DNA from: Planctomycetaceae bacterium | GTDB taxonomy: Bacteria > Planctomycetota > Planctomycetia > Pirellulales > UBA1268 | DNA length: 46,419 bases | Direction of reading: 5' to 3' | Assembly (NCBI GenBank): GCA_046091445.1 | Contig: JBJTBO010000091.1 | Span: forward strand, 1 to 46,419 | Shown: positions 10,260 through 19,322 of the stretch, piece by piece | Position numbering within the stretch: position 1 is the stretch's first letter | Layout: every line of letters starts with the position of its first letter | Position numbers and translations under genes: made by a program | Notes under the pieces: generated by a model | The model's database searches: none | The model's input: the letters and a program-made list of their open reading frames with translations, nothing else | Told to the model about the DNA's origin: nothing

Positions 10260-11167
10260 ATCGAACCGCCGGAAATGCCGCTCGGGTGTCACGCCTCGTC
10301 GTCGGCTGCGGGTATCTCGGCGAGCGCGTGGCACGACGCTGGGTCGCCGGCGGCGACCGCGTGCTGGGCGTGACCCGCAGCCCGGCCCGCGCCGCCGTGC
10401 TCGCGGCCCACGGCATCGAGCCGGTCGTCGCGGACGTGACCTCCGCCCAGGCGGACTGGAGGCCCCTGACGGGCATCGACGACCTGTCCACTGCGTTCTG
10501 GGCGGTCGGCTTCGATCGCGCGGCGGGACACAGCTACGAGGACGTCCACGTGCACGGGCTGCGTCGGCTCCTCGATTCCCTGCCGGCGCCGTGCCGGCCG
10601 ATCCTCTCGAGTTCCACCGGCGTGTGGGGAGACGAGGAGGGGCGCATGGTCGACGAGGCGACGCCGCCGAGCCCGGCCCGTGAGGCGGGCCGCATCCTCG
10701 TGGCCGCCGAGCAGGTGCTCCGCTCGCATCCGCGCGGGCCCGGCGTCGCGCTGCGATTCGCGGGCCTGTACGGTCCGGGGCGTCTGCCGCGGATCGACGA
10801 CCTGCGGGCCGGTCGACCGATCGACGCCGATCCCGACAGCTGGCTCAACATGATCCACGTCGACGATGCGGCCGGCATCGTCTGTGCCGTGGCTGCCGCG
10901 CCGGCACTCGCGCCCCTCTACGTGGTCTCCGACGGCAGCCCCGTGCTCAGGCGGGACTGGTACGGCCGACTCGCGGCCCTCACCGGCAGTCCGTCCCCCA
11001 CGTGGGCGGACGCCCGGGGGATGACGCCCGAAGGGCTCCCGCGCGGTCGGACGGCCGACAAACGGGTCGATCCCACGCGGCTCTTCCGCGATCTCGGCGT
11101 GACGCTCACCCATCCCGACGCGGCGGCCGCACTGGCCGCGCTCGTGGGCACGGAGCAGGCAGGCTGA
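10256..11167 (+). CDS. NAD(P)-dependent SDR-family epimerase/dehydratase-like protein
   Basis: Rossmann motif VVGCGYLGxxVA near the N-terminus when started at ATG 10256 (MNRTAG...). This start overlaps the ruvX stop (ATGA). Length is about 300 aa. Confidence 0.75.
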   Translation: MNRTAGNAARVSRLVVGCGYLGERVARRWVAGGDRVLGVTRSPARAAVLAAHGIEPVVADVTSAQADWRPLTGIDDLSTAFWAVGFDRAAGHSYEDVHVHGLRRLLDSLPAPCRPILSSSTGVWGDEEGRMVDEATPPSPAREAGRILVAAEQVLRSHPRGPGVALRFAGLYGPGRLPRIDDLRAGRPIDADPDSWLNMIHVDDAAGIVCAVAAAPALAPLYVVSDGSPVLRRDWYGRLAALTGSPSPTWADARGMTPEGLPRGRTADKRVDPTRLFRDLGVTLTHPDAAAALAALVGTEQAG

Positions 11168-11178
11168 CGCCCCGTGTT

Positions 11179-11212
11179 CCCCGCCTGGCACGCGGGGAGT
11201 GCCGCGCGGCAC
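11179..11212. terminator. Two short GC-rich hairpins between convergent genes
   Basis: CCCCGC-7 nt-GCGGGG (11179..11197) and the 14-nt palindrome GTGCCGCGCGGCAC (11199..11212) lie in the 55-bp gap between the stop codons at 11167 and 11223. There is no U-tract. Confidence 0.3.
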
Positions 11213-11222
11213 CGCGACGATG

Positions 11223-13412
11223 TCAGGGGAGCGCGGGGACGGCGGGCCTCGGCACCGCCGGGGTCGGCCGGAGCACCTCGGCACTCCGCGGCGCCTCGGC
11301 GACGGCCTCGGGCCGCACGAGCGCCTGCAGGTCATCCACGGTGACGGTCATCGCCTCGTCGAACCAGTAGTCGCGACGCACCACGGGCCGCTTCTGCGAC
11401 GCATCGAGTTCCTGCAGTTTCTTCTCCTCGTCATCCGCCGCCTTGCCCTCGTTCCACTGCCGTTCGAACTCCGCCTCGACGAGCGAGATCGTCTGCTCGT
11501 CCTTGCGGCGCTGGTAGCGGGCGACGTCGTCGGCGAGCTTCGCGAACTCCTTGCGTCCCTCGACGCGGGACTCGGACCGCTCGCGGAGCCGCTCGACGAG
11601 CGCCGCACTGACCCGGTCCACCGCGGTGTACCGCGCAGGCTGCACACGGTCGAAGGGGATGGCATGGTCGAGGTCGCCCTCCCCCACCGGCAGGTGCGTC
11701 GTGAGGCTCGGCAGCACGACGTCGCTCTTGACGCCCTCGAGCTGCGTGCTCGCGCCGCTCGGGCGGTAGAACTGCTGCATCGTGATCTTGATCGCGCCGA
11801 GCGAGGGCGCGTTGTCAAACCGCTGGAAGAGCTGCCGCCCGAGGTCGAGCAGGCTCTGCACCGTTCCCTTGCCGTGGGTCGCCTCGTCCCCCACGATGAT
11901 CCCGCGCTGGTAGTCCTGGATCGCGCCGGCGAGGATCTCGCTCGCGCTGGCACTGAACTTGTTGGTGAGCACGACGAGCGGGCCTTCCCACGACACACCG
12001 GCCTCCGTGTCGTCGTACGGACGCACCTGATGGTCGGCATCCTTGATCTGCACGACCGGACCACGGTCGATGAAGAGCCCCGTCAGCTTGATCGCCTCGG
12101 GGAGCGAGCCGCCGCCGTTGTTGCGCAGATCGAGCACGACGCCGTCGACGCCCTGCTCGCGAAACTGGTCGAGCAGCCGCCGGCAGTCCCGCGTGCTGCT
12201 CTTGTAGTCCGCCTGTCCCTGCTGGGCGCCCGCCATGTCCATGTAGAAACTCGGGAGGTTGATCACCCCGATCCGCCACGGCGTGCCGTCCGCCTTCGCG
12301 CCGTGCTCGATCACCTCGCCGCGGGCCTCCGCGTCCTTCAGTTCGATCTTCGCACGCGTGATGTCGTAGACCTTCGGGGCCGTATCCCCGACCGGGACGA
12401 CTTTGAGCCGCACGATCGGGCCCCGCTTGCCCCGGATGAGGCGCACCACCTCGTTGAGGTTCATGTCGACGACATCGACGATCTCACCCTCGTTCCCCTG
12501 CCCGACCCCCACGACACGGTCCTTCGCCTTGAGGCGTCCGTCCTTGTCGGCGGCGCCGCCCGGCGTCAGCTCGACGATCGTCGTGTATCCGTCCTCGCCC
12601 TTGAGCTGCGCCCCGATGCCGTCGAGCTCGAGCTTCATGCCGATCTCGAAGTTCTTGAGCGTGTCGGGCGACATGAAGCTCGTGTGGGGATCGAAGCTGC
12701 TCGTGAGCGACGAGAGGAACGTCTCGAGGAGCTCGTCGGCGCTCATCTGGTGCATCCGCTTCGCGAAGCTGCGGTAGCGCCGCTGCAGCTTGTCCTTCGC
12801 CTCGTCGGGTGGAGTCTTTTCCATCCGCTGCACGAGGAGGTCGTACTTGATGCGCCGTCGCCAGACGTCCTCGGCCTCCGCGGCGTCGCGGGCCCAGCGG
12901 GTCGCCTTGCGGTCGATCACGATCGTCTCGGGAGCGGTGAAGTCGTGCTCCTGGACGATGAGTCGCTCGATGAGCGGCAGCCGCTCGTCGACCCGCTGGA
13001 GAAAGCGTTCGAGCACCTCGTAGGCGAACCCCACGTCGCCACGCTTCACCAGGTCGTCGAGCTGATCACGGCGTGCCGCGAAGGCGTCGACGTCGCTCTG
13101 CAGGAAGTAGACCTTCATCGGGTCGAGCGCCTCGAGGAAGGTATCGAACCAGCGGCGGGCGATGGCGTCGTCGATCGGCTGGCGGAGGAAGTGTTCGCGC
13201 TCGAGATGCCGCCGCACCGCGACGGCGATGTGCCGGTCGTTCGTGCCCGGCTTCGGGGCGCCGGCCACCACGGCCGCCGCAGGGGGCTGCTCCGCCCGTG
13301 CCGCTCCGAGGCCCGCCGAGAAGGCGATCAGGACCGCGATCGCGCACGCATGCACGGCCGTCGCCGATCGGAATTCGCTGCCGCCTGCCGTCGCCCTGAC
13401 ACCACGCACCAT
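11223..13412 (-). CDS. prc: Carboxy-terminal processing (tail-specific) protease, peptidase S41
   Basis: PDZ segment plus the S41 core (DLRNNGGGSLxEAI, LxNxxSASASEIxAGAIQD). Start set at ATG 13412, where GGGAG lies 7 nt upstream and a signal-like segment follows. The ORF-track start is 13499. Confidence 0.9.
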   Translation of the reverse strand: MVRGVRATAGGSEFRSATAVHACAIAVLIAFSAGLGAARAEQPPAAAVVAGAPKPGTNDRHIAVAVRRHLEREHFLRQPIDDAIARRWFDTFLEALDPMKVYFLQSDVDAFAARRDQLDDLVKRGDVGFAYEVLERFLQRVDERLPLIERLIVQEHDFTAPETIVIDRKATRWARDAAEAEDVWRRRIKYDLLVQRMEKTPPDEAKDKLQRRYRSFAKRMHQMSADELLETFLSSLTSSFDPHTSFMSPDTLKNFEIGMKLELDGIGAQLKGEDGYTTIVELTPGGAADKDGRLKAKDRVVGVGQGNEGEIVDVVDMNLNEVVRLIRGKRGPIVRLKVVPVGDTAPKVYDITRAKIELKDAEARGEVIEHGAKADGTPWRIGVINLPSFYMDMAGAQQGQADYKSSTRDCRRLLDQFREQGVDGVVLDLRNNGGGSLPEAIKLTGLFIDRGPVVQIKDADHQVRPYDDTEAGVSWEGPLVVLTNKFSASASEILAGAIQDYQRGIIVGDEATHGKGTVQSLLDLGRQLFQRFDNAPSLGAIKITMQQFYRPSGASTQLEGVKSDVVLPSLTTHLPVGEGDLDHAIPFDRVQPARYTAVDRVSAALVERLRERSESRVEGRKEFAKLADDVARYQRRKDEQTISLVEAEFERQWNEGKAADDEEKKLQELDASQKRPVVRRDYWFDEAMTVTVDDLQALVRPEAVAEAPRSAEVLRPTPAVPRPAVPALP

Positions 13413-13455
13413 GACCTGACTCCCTCGAGGCTGCGGAACCGACGCGACCGACCCG

Positions 13456-14436
13456 TCATTGTGACGACTCGACCGGTCCTTGACGAGACGAGCTCGCACC
13501 CACCCGAAACCCCTGACAGACTCCGTTGGCGCCCCTTACCCAGCCGGCGACGCGCGCCTCCGCGGCCCTAACGACCAGCGCGGCGGCGACGTCCGCCGCC
13601 GGCCCGAGTCGCTCCACCGTCACCCACTCGATATCCGGGGCCTCGCGTCGCATGCGGTCGACGGCGGCGTGCACCTCGCGTTCTACGTGACCGCGGAAGA
13701 GAAGGTGCGGTTGCACCACGACCCGCCGCACCCCGGCGATCCCCGCCGCCTCCGCGAGGGCCTCGTCCAGCCGCGGTCGCGCGACGGCGACGAACCCGCA
13801 GCCCACGTGGGCCGGCGCCGCCGGATCGCCCGCGATCGACCGGCCCACCAGCTCCTCGAACTGGCCGACGACCGTCGGATCGCTCGCGCCACGGCCGACC
13901 ATGACGAGCGCCGTCGCCGCGGGCGTCACGGGGATGCCTCCCGCCAGCGCCGCGCGGCGGCGGTGGCGGGAGAGGGCGACGATGCGCGGATGGCAGCCGA
14001 GCGGCTCCGCCTGCGTGACCAGGAGATCGAGCGACCGCGCCGCGGTCGCGAGCGACTCAGGCACGTCGCGGCGCGCGTGGCCGGCGGCGAGGAGGAGCAG
14101 CGGTGCAGCGACGATGTGCCGGCAGCCGCGGGCCGCGAGCCGCGCGAGGGCCGGGCCGATCGCGGGCTCGATGACCTCGAGAAAGCCCAGCTCGACGGGC
14201 ACGTCCGGGAGCCGTGAGGCGACCAGCGCGGTCACGGCGGCCGTCTCCGCAGCCCCCAGGGGGTCGGCCGTGCCGTGGCCGACCACCACAAGACCGCACC
14301 GCCGCGGCCAGTCCCGCACCCCGGCGGTCAGCATGACGGCGACGGCGGGCGGTCGGGAACCCCCTTCCGAAGGACCGTCGTGCGCGACCAGACGGCCGCG
14401 TGCACCGGGAGGTTCCTCGACGTCGATCATCGTCAT
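13456..14436 (-). CDS. cbiX: Sirohydrochlorin chelatase, two-domain CbiX type
   Basis: Two repeats of the VxVGHGTxDP / LVMVGRGASDP chelatase motif, with AAPLLLxxGxHxxxDxP and VVQPHLLFxG. Start placed at MTMIDVEE (14436). The upstream 180 codons of the track ORF are antisense to the FHA gene. Confidence 0.8.
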   Translation of the reverse strand: MTMIDVEEPPGARGRLVAHDGPSEGGSRPPAVAVMLTAGVRDWPRRCGLVVVGHGTADPLGAAETAAVTALVASRLPDVPVELGFLEVIEPAIGPALARLAARGCRHIVAAPLLLLAAGHARRDVPESLATAARSLDLLVTQAEPLGCHPRIVALSRHRRRAALAGGIPVTPAATALVMVGRGASDPTVVGQFEELVGRSIAGDPAAPAHVGCGFVAVARPRLDEALAEAAGIAGVRRVVVQPHLLFRGHVEREVHAAVDRMRREAPDIEWVTVERLGPAADVAAALVVRAAEARVAGWVRGANGVCQGFRVGASSSRQGPVESSQ

Positions 14437-14495
14437 TTCGAGCAAGACCTCCCGCACACGGAGGCACCCCGGGGCCGCGGGCGACGACGCGCCCT

Positions 14496-14504
14496 TGGTA
14501 TAGT
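14496..14504 (+). promoter_or_regulatory. Candidate extended -10 element (TGGTATAGT) upstream of the FHA regulator
   Basis: This is the only AT-rich hexamer in the 97-bp divergent gap. It matches TGnTATAAT in 8 of 9 positions and lies about 30 nt before GTG 14534. No convincing -35 element. Confidence 0.3.
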
Positions 14505-14533
14505 ACGCCGAAACGTCGTCCCCCCGCCTCGCC

Positions 14534-15781
14534 GTGTTCCCGAGTCGCCCCGTGTCGAGTGATCCGGCCAGCCCATCGACCGCCCACCAGCGCGAAGCGG
14601 CCGTGGAACTGCTGATCGCGGGCCGTGCGGGCCCCACGTTCGTGCTTGATCCGGCGATCGACAACGTCCTCGGTCGCGCCGCCGAGGCGCTCGTCGTGCT
14701 GCCGGATCGACTCGCCAGCCGCGTGCATGCGGCCCTTCGTTTCGATCCCGCGGCGAACGAATGGACGCTGCGGGATCTCGGCAGCCGCAACGGGACGTGG
14801 CTCGGAGGCACGCGCGTCACCACCGCCACGCTCACCGACGGTGCCGTGCTGCGGGTCGGCACGTCGGAGCTCGTGTTCCACCTCGCGGCGCCGACCGACA
14901 CGCCGCCGGATGCCCCCGAGGGCATGCGGCTCGTGCGGTGCGGCCCCGGGGGGCGGTTCGAGGGCGTGGCCCTCAAGCGGTCCGCATCGTCGGCCGACGG
15001 CGTGCGGTGGCAGCTGCTCCTCTATCAGGCGGGCATCCGGCTGCTCGCGTCGCGCACGATCCGCGACGTGATCGGGACGTCGCTGGAACTGGCTGCGGAG
15101 CACTGCGGCGGCGCGAGCTTCGGCTGGTTCCGCGCCGGCGCGGATCGGCTCGATCCCGTGTGCGTCGTCCCGCCGGGATGCGACCTCATGGAGCTGGTCG
15201 CGGTCGATCCGGTGCGTCGCGTGATCGACGAGGGGCAGGCCGCGTGGATCCACGTCGAACCGCGCGACGGCCAGCGGCATGTCGCGCACGAACTCGTGTG
15301 CATCCCCGTCTCCGAACGGCGGCGCGGCGATGCCGTGCTCGCGGCGGCCGCCCCGGGAGGCAGCTTCCGGGACGCCGACTTCGATTTTCTCGTCGCGCTT
15401 GCGAGCCTCGCCTCGGCGGCCTGTGCCGGCCGCGCCGAGGACGTGGGCGGAGGCGGAGACTTCGACGACGATCCGGCCTCGCTGCACACCGTGCCGCTCG
15501 ACCCGCTGCAGGAGGTGCCCGAGGGCACGCTCACGCTCTCCGCGGAGGCGGCCGAGGCGCTCGTTCGCGAGCCGCGACCGGGGGCGACGGACCAGCGCGT
15601 CGGGGCCTGTGTCACCGGCGCCTCGACGCTGCGGCTCGACGAGTGGCAGCGGGTGCTCGTCATCGAGGCGCTGCGGCGTGCCGGAGGCAGCGTGCCGAGC
15701 GCCGCGAACGAGCGCGGCATCAGTCGCGCGACGCTCTCTCGGAAGCTCGAGGCCTTCGGGCTCACACGCGCCGCGGACTGA
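14534..15781 (+). CDS. FHA-domain transcriptional regulator with a central GAF-like region and a C-terminal Fis-type HTH
   Basis: N-terminal FHA signature (LGRxxxxxVVLPDxxxSRxHAxLxF....WxLxDLGSRNGTWLxGxRV). The C-terminus reads EWQRVLVIEALRRAGGSVPSAANERGISRATLSRKLEAFGL (HTH_8/Fis type). No Walker A or GAFTGA AAA+ motifs between them. Confidence 0.8.
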   Translation: MFPSRPVSSDPASPSTAHQREAAVELLIAGRAGPTFVLDPAIDNVLGRAAEALVVLPDRLASRVHAALRFDPAANEWTLRDLGSRNGTWLGGTRVTTATLTDGAVLRVGTSELVFHLAAPTDTPPDAPEGMRLVRCGPGGRFEGVALKRSASSADGVRWQLLLYQAGIRLLASRTIRDVIGTSLELAAEHCGGASFGWFRAGADRLDPVCVVPPGCDLMELVAVDPVRRVIDEGQAAWIHVEPRDGQRHVAHELVCIPVSERRRGDAVLAAAAPGGSFRDADFDFLVALASLASAACAGRAEDVGGGGDFDDDPASLHTVPLDPLQEVPEGTLTLSAEAAEALVREPRPGATDQRVGACVTGASTLRLDEWQRVLVIEALRRAGGSVPSAANERGISRATLSRKLEAFGLTRAAD

Positions 15782-15845
15782 ACGCTCGGGATACGCATCC
15801 CGGCGGCGCATCCTGGCCACAGGTCCTGGCCAAGCGTCCCGGAGA

Positions 15846-17204
15846 TCACCCGGCCGCGACCGCCTCCGCCCCGCCGGCGGGAGGATGCCCGATCCGTGGG
15901 ATGAGCATCGTCACGCAGGCGAGCACGACGACCGCGGCGGCGTACGGCAGACCGTGCGACGGATGGAGGGAGAAGAGGCTCAGCCCGGCGAGCGGACCGA
16001 GGATGCGGGCGAGCGAGGCGAACGACTGGTTCACGCCGAGCACCTCTCCCTGCCGGTCGGAGCCCGACTGCCGCGAGATGAGCGCGGAGACGGAAGGATT
16101 GACGAACGCGAACCCCGTCACGGCCAGGGCCGCCGCGACGTAGAAGATCCATCTCCATGGACTTCCCGCCCCGGCGACACCGTCGCGTCCGGCCAGCGCG
16201 ACCGCGACGCCCCCGACCACCGCCAGCCCCACGAGCATGAGCAGCACGCCGATCGTCAGCAGCCGTCGCTCGGCCAGCCGCTTCGCCAACGGCCGGTAGC
16301 CGCCGCCCGCGATCATGAGGACGCATCCGACCGACGCGAAGACGAGGAAGTTGGCGTCGTCGCCCATCCCGAAGGCACGTTCCGTGAACAGCGCGAGCGT
16401 CGACTCGAAGTTCGCCATCGAGAAGATGGCGAGGAAGTAGACGAGGACGAGGGCACCGATCGAGGGCATGCGGAGCACGGCGAGGCTGCGTGCGACCAGG
16501 CGCAGCGGCCGCGCCGGCCCGGCACCGGGCCGGCGGGTCTCGCGGAACACGAAGAGCGCGATGAGCAGGGCGACGAACGACAAGAGCGACGCGATGGCCC
16601 CCACGCCCCAGCGCTCCCGCTGGAAGAGCGCGAGTCCGAAGTAGGCGATGAGCGGCCCGAGCGTGAAGCCGCCGCCGAAGGCGATGCCGATCAGCGCCAT
16701 GCCGCGGGCCCGGTTTTCCGGCGTGGTGCAGTCGGCGATCACCGCGGCCGCCGTGCCGACACTCGCGCCCGCGATGCCCGCCCCCACGCGCGCAAGCAGC
16801 ACGAGGCCGAGCGCCCACCACGCCGCCGTCGCTGTCGGGGCGGGATCGGTCGGCACGCTGACCGCCCAGCCGTAGAGCGCGTAGAACACCACCGAGCCGG
16901 CCAGACTGACGAGGAGCACGGGCCGCCGGCCGATGCGGTCCGAGAGCCGGCCCCAGAACGGACTGAAGACGAACTGCATGAGCGAGAAGACCGCGAAGAG
17001 CACGCCGATGACGGCGCCGCCGGGACCGCCCTCGACCGGCATGCCGACGGCCTCGAGATAGGGCTCGACCTGCCGCGGCAGCACGGGCAGCACGATCCCG
17101 AAGCCCAGCAGGTCGATGAAGACCGTGAGGAAGACGACGAGCAGGGCGCCCCGTGAGGCGGCGGGAGGCCCCGCCGGGGCGTCGCTGGAGCGCGGTGATG
17201 TCAT
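15846..17204 (-). CDS. MFS transporter (drug/H+ antiporter-like, 12 TM)
   Basis: LLGFGIVLPVLP and the MFS loop motif GRLSDRIGRRPVLL. Multiple hydrophobic helices. Start chosen at ATG 17204 (MTSPRSS...). Confidence 0.85.
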   Translation of the reverse strand: MTSPRSSDAPAGPPAASRGALLVVFLTVFIDLLGFGIVLPVLPRQVEPYLEAVGMPVEGGPGGAVIGVLFAVFSLMQFVFSPFWGRLSDRIGRRPVLLVSLAGSVVFYALYGWAVSVPTDPAPTATAAWWALGLVLLARVGAGIAGASVGTAAAVIADCTTPENRARGMALIGIAFGGGFTLGPLIAYFGLALFQRERWGVGAIASLLSFVALLIALFVFRETRRPGAGPARPLRLVARSLAVLRMPSIGALVLVYFLAIFSMANFESTLALFTERAFGMGDDANFLVFASVGCVLMIAGGGYRPLAKRLAERRLLTIGVLLMLVGLAVVGGVAVALAGRDGVAGAGSPWRWIFYVAAALAVTGFAFVNPSVSALISRQSGSDRQGEVLGVNQSFASLARILGPLAGLSLFSLHPSHGLPYAAAVVVLACVTMLIPRIGHPPAGGAEAVAAG

Positions 17205-17283
17205 GCGAGATCCGGGAGGACGTGGGGCCGCGAACCCGGGAGGCGGTTGGATGCCCCGAGGACCCGCGGGATATCGTGTGGCG

Positions 17284-18534
17284 ATGGCCACGACCACGAG
17301 CGACGACCGACGCGACCCGCCTGCCGACGCGATGAGCGTGTCGGAGATCACCCGTCGGGTCAAGGAGCAGCTCGAGACACGGTTCGCCGACGTGTGGGTG
17401 GCCGGAGAGATCACGAACCTCACGCGGGCATCGTCCGGACACATCTATCTGGCCCTCAAGGACGAGACCGCCCTCCTCCGCGGCGTCGTCTGGCGGAGCG
17501 CCGTGCCACTCCTGGCGATCGAGCCGGCCGACGGCCTGGCGGTGGTGTGCCACGGTCGGCTCGAGGTCTATGCACCGCGTGGCACCTACCAGCTCACCAT
17601 CGACCGACTCCATGCCATCGGCACCGGCGCGCTGGAGGAGCGGCTGCGCAGGCTGCATGCCGCCCTCGCCGGCGAGGGCCTGTTCGACCCGGGCCGCAAG
17701 CGGATGCTCCCGCCGTTTCCCCGGCGCATCGCCCTGATCACGAGCCCGACCGGGGCGGCCATCGCCGACTTCCTGCGCACGCTGCAGGGCCGCTGGCCGC
17801 GCGCCGAGGTCGTCGTCGTACCATCCCGTGTGCAGGGGGCGGGCGCCGCCGAGGAGCTCGCCGCCGCGCTGGCGACCGCAGGCCGACTGCGACCTGCGGT
17901 GGATGTCATCGCCCTGGTGCGCGGCGGTGGCAGCCTCGAGGACCTCTGGGCCTTCAACGAGGAGGTGCTCGTGCGGGCGGTGGCGGCCTCGCCGATCCCG
18001 GTGGTCGCGGGCGTCGGGCACGAGATCGCCGTGACGCTCGCCGACCTCGTCGCCGACGTCCGCGCGCTCACGCCCACCGATGCGGCGGTCCGCATCGCCC
18101 CCGATGGCCGACAGGTGGCGGCCGATCTGGCGTCGCTCGCCGAGCGTCTGCGCAACGGCCTCGCGCGGCGCGTGCGGCAGGCGCGGGATCGCGTCGAGTC
18201 GCTCGGTCGGTCGCGCATGCTCGTCGATCCGGCGCGGCTCATCGGTGACCGCCGCGAGGTGCTGGGCCAGCATGGACGCCGCCTCCACCGCCTCACGGCC
18301 GCAGCCCTCGCGCGGGGGCGGGAGCGGGTGGCCGCGGCCGCCGCGCGGCTCGAGGCGGGCAGCCCGCTCCATCTGCTCGCGCGCGGGTGGTCGGTGACCT
18401 GTCGTGAGAGCGAGCCGCTGGCACTCCGCTCGATCGCCGGGCTCGAGCCGGGCGACCCGCTCGTGACACGCCTGGCCGATGGCTCCGTGTCAAGCCGCGT
18501 CGTCTCCGTCACGTCGATCCCGCCCCGGACGTGA
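17284..18534 (+). CDS. xseA: Exodeoxyribonuclease VII large subunit
   Basis: SVSEITRRVKxxLExxFxxVWVxGEIxNxxRxxSGHxYLxLKD OB-fold N-terminus and VISGVGHExD-like VVAGVGHEIA. Start at ATG 17284, with an alternative at MSVSE. Confidence 0.9.
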   Translation: MATTTSDDRRDPPADAMSVSEITRRVKEQLETRFADVWVAGEITNLTRASSGHIYLALKDETALLRGVVWRSAVPLLAIEPADGLAVVCHGRLEVYAPRGTYQLTIDRLHAIGTGALEERLRRLHAALAGEGLFDPGRKRMLPPFPRRIALITSPTGAAIADFLRTLQGRWPRAEVVVVPSRVQGAGAAEELAAALATAGRLRPAVDVIALVRGGGSLEDLWAFNEEVLVRAVAASPIPVVAGVGHEIAVTLADLVADVRALTPTDAAVRIAPDGRQVAADLASLAERLRNGLARRVRQARDRVESLGRSRMLVDPARLIGDRREVLGQHGRRLHRLTAAALARGRERVAAAAARLEAGSPLHLLARGWSVTCRESEPLALRSIAGLEPGDPLVTRLADGSVSSRVVSVTSIPPRT

Positions 18535-18542
18535 GGGACTTG

Positions 18543-18590
18543 CCGACGGGCGGACCCGCTCGCTCGATCCGACCCGTCGGGGCAATTTTC
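18543..18590 (+). terminator. Stem-loop with a downstream T-run directly after xseA
   Basis: CCGACGGGCGGA / TCCG-A-CCCGTCGG gives a 12-bp stem with one bulged A and a 13-nt loop, followed by GGCAATTTTC. It sits 9 nt after the xseA stop, in the 173-nt xseA-xseB gap. Confidence 0.35.
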
Positions 18591-18707
18591 GCGCGGGACG
18601 GCGGGAGCTTCGAGACAACTCCGGGTTGGGAGAGACCGTGTTCGCGGCCGCTCGTCCCGGTGCGGGCATCACGACCTGCGGCCGTCTCCGCGGCGGCCCC
18701 GATTCCC

Positions 18708-19109
18708 ATGGCCGATTCCCCCGTCACCGACCAGGATTCACCATCCTTCGAGGCCTCGCTCGAGGCGCTCGCCGCGGTCGTCGCGCAGCTCGAGTCCGGA
18801 AGCCTGGGGCTGTCGGAGTCGATCGCGGCCTACGAGCGCGGTGTCGCCCTGCTGCGAAGACTGCATGAAGAACTCGACGCGGTCGAGGCCCGCGTCGAGG
18901 TGCTCGTGAGGATCGACGAGGAGGGACGGCCGATCGTCGTCTCCGGCGCGCCGGCCGAGACCGGGAGCGACCAATCCGCAGACTCGGCCCAGTCCTCCCG
19001 ATCGAAGTCTTCCCGATCCGCAGCATCGCGATCCCAGGCCTCGCGAACCACCGCCCGGCCACCGACGCCACGCCTCCCCGGCATGGACGACGTCAACGGC
19101 GGCCCGTAG
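18708..19109 (+). CDS. xseB: Exodeoxyribonuclease VII small subunit with a Ser/Arg-rich C-terminal extension
   Basis: SFEASLEALxxVVxxLESGxLxLxESIxxYERGVxLxxxL core. About 55 extra C-terminal residues (SSRSKSSRSAASRSQASR...). Start at ATG 18708. Confidence 0.8.
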   Translation: MADSPVTDQDSPSFEASLEALAAVVAQLESGSLGLSESIAAYERGVALLRRLHEELDAVEARVEVLVRIDEEGRPIVVSGAPAETGSDQSADSAQSSRSKSSRSAASRSQASRTTARPPTPRLPGMDDVNGGP

Positions 19110-19322
19110 ACTTTCCCGGGGTTCAGGGCGGATTTCCGCGCGTCTCGGCGCGCCGGCCGCCGTCGGCCGGCAGGATTCCCGATGGCAGGTTGCCAAGTGC
19201 CCGGCCGTATCGCAACGTCGCACCCGCGTGGGTCGCTGTCGGAAACCGCTCCCCCGCCCGCTTCATCCCGCTCCCCGACGCCGGCGACCGACGACCGGGC
19301 CACGGATGGTCTCACGCCTCCG

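Noticed and set aside
14437-14976. 180-codon upstream extension of the cbiX ORF
   Set aside because: It is entirely antisense to the FHA-regulator gene and compositionally shadow-like. The chelatase homology begins only after MTMIDVEE (14436).
15025-18372. 1115-aa minus-strand ORF. Similar cases are 1851..4388 (-), 11199..13571 (+), 14057..15820 (-), 4541..6469 (-) and 19894..22446 (-)
   Set aside because: All overlap well-supported genes on the other strand or frame (FHA regulator, MFS, xseA, secA, prc, metK, dxs). None contains a recognisable domain.
19182-19322. 47-codon N-terminal extension of the polyprenyl synthase ORF
   Set aside because: The extension is Pro/Ser/Thr/Arg-rich and unlike the N-termini of IspA-family proteins. 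The internal ATG 19323 gives a normal-length protein. The true start remains uncertain.
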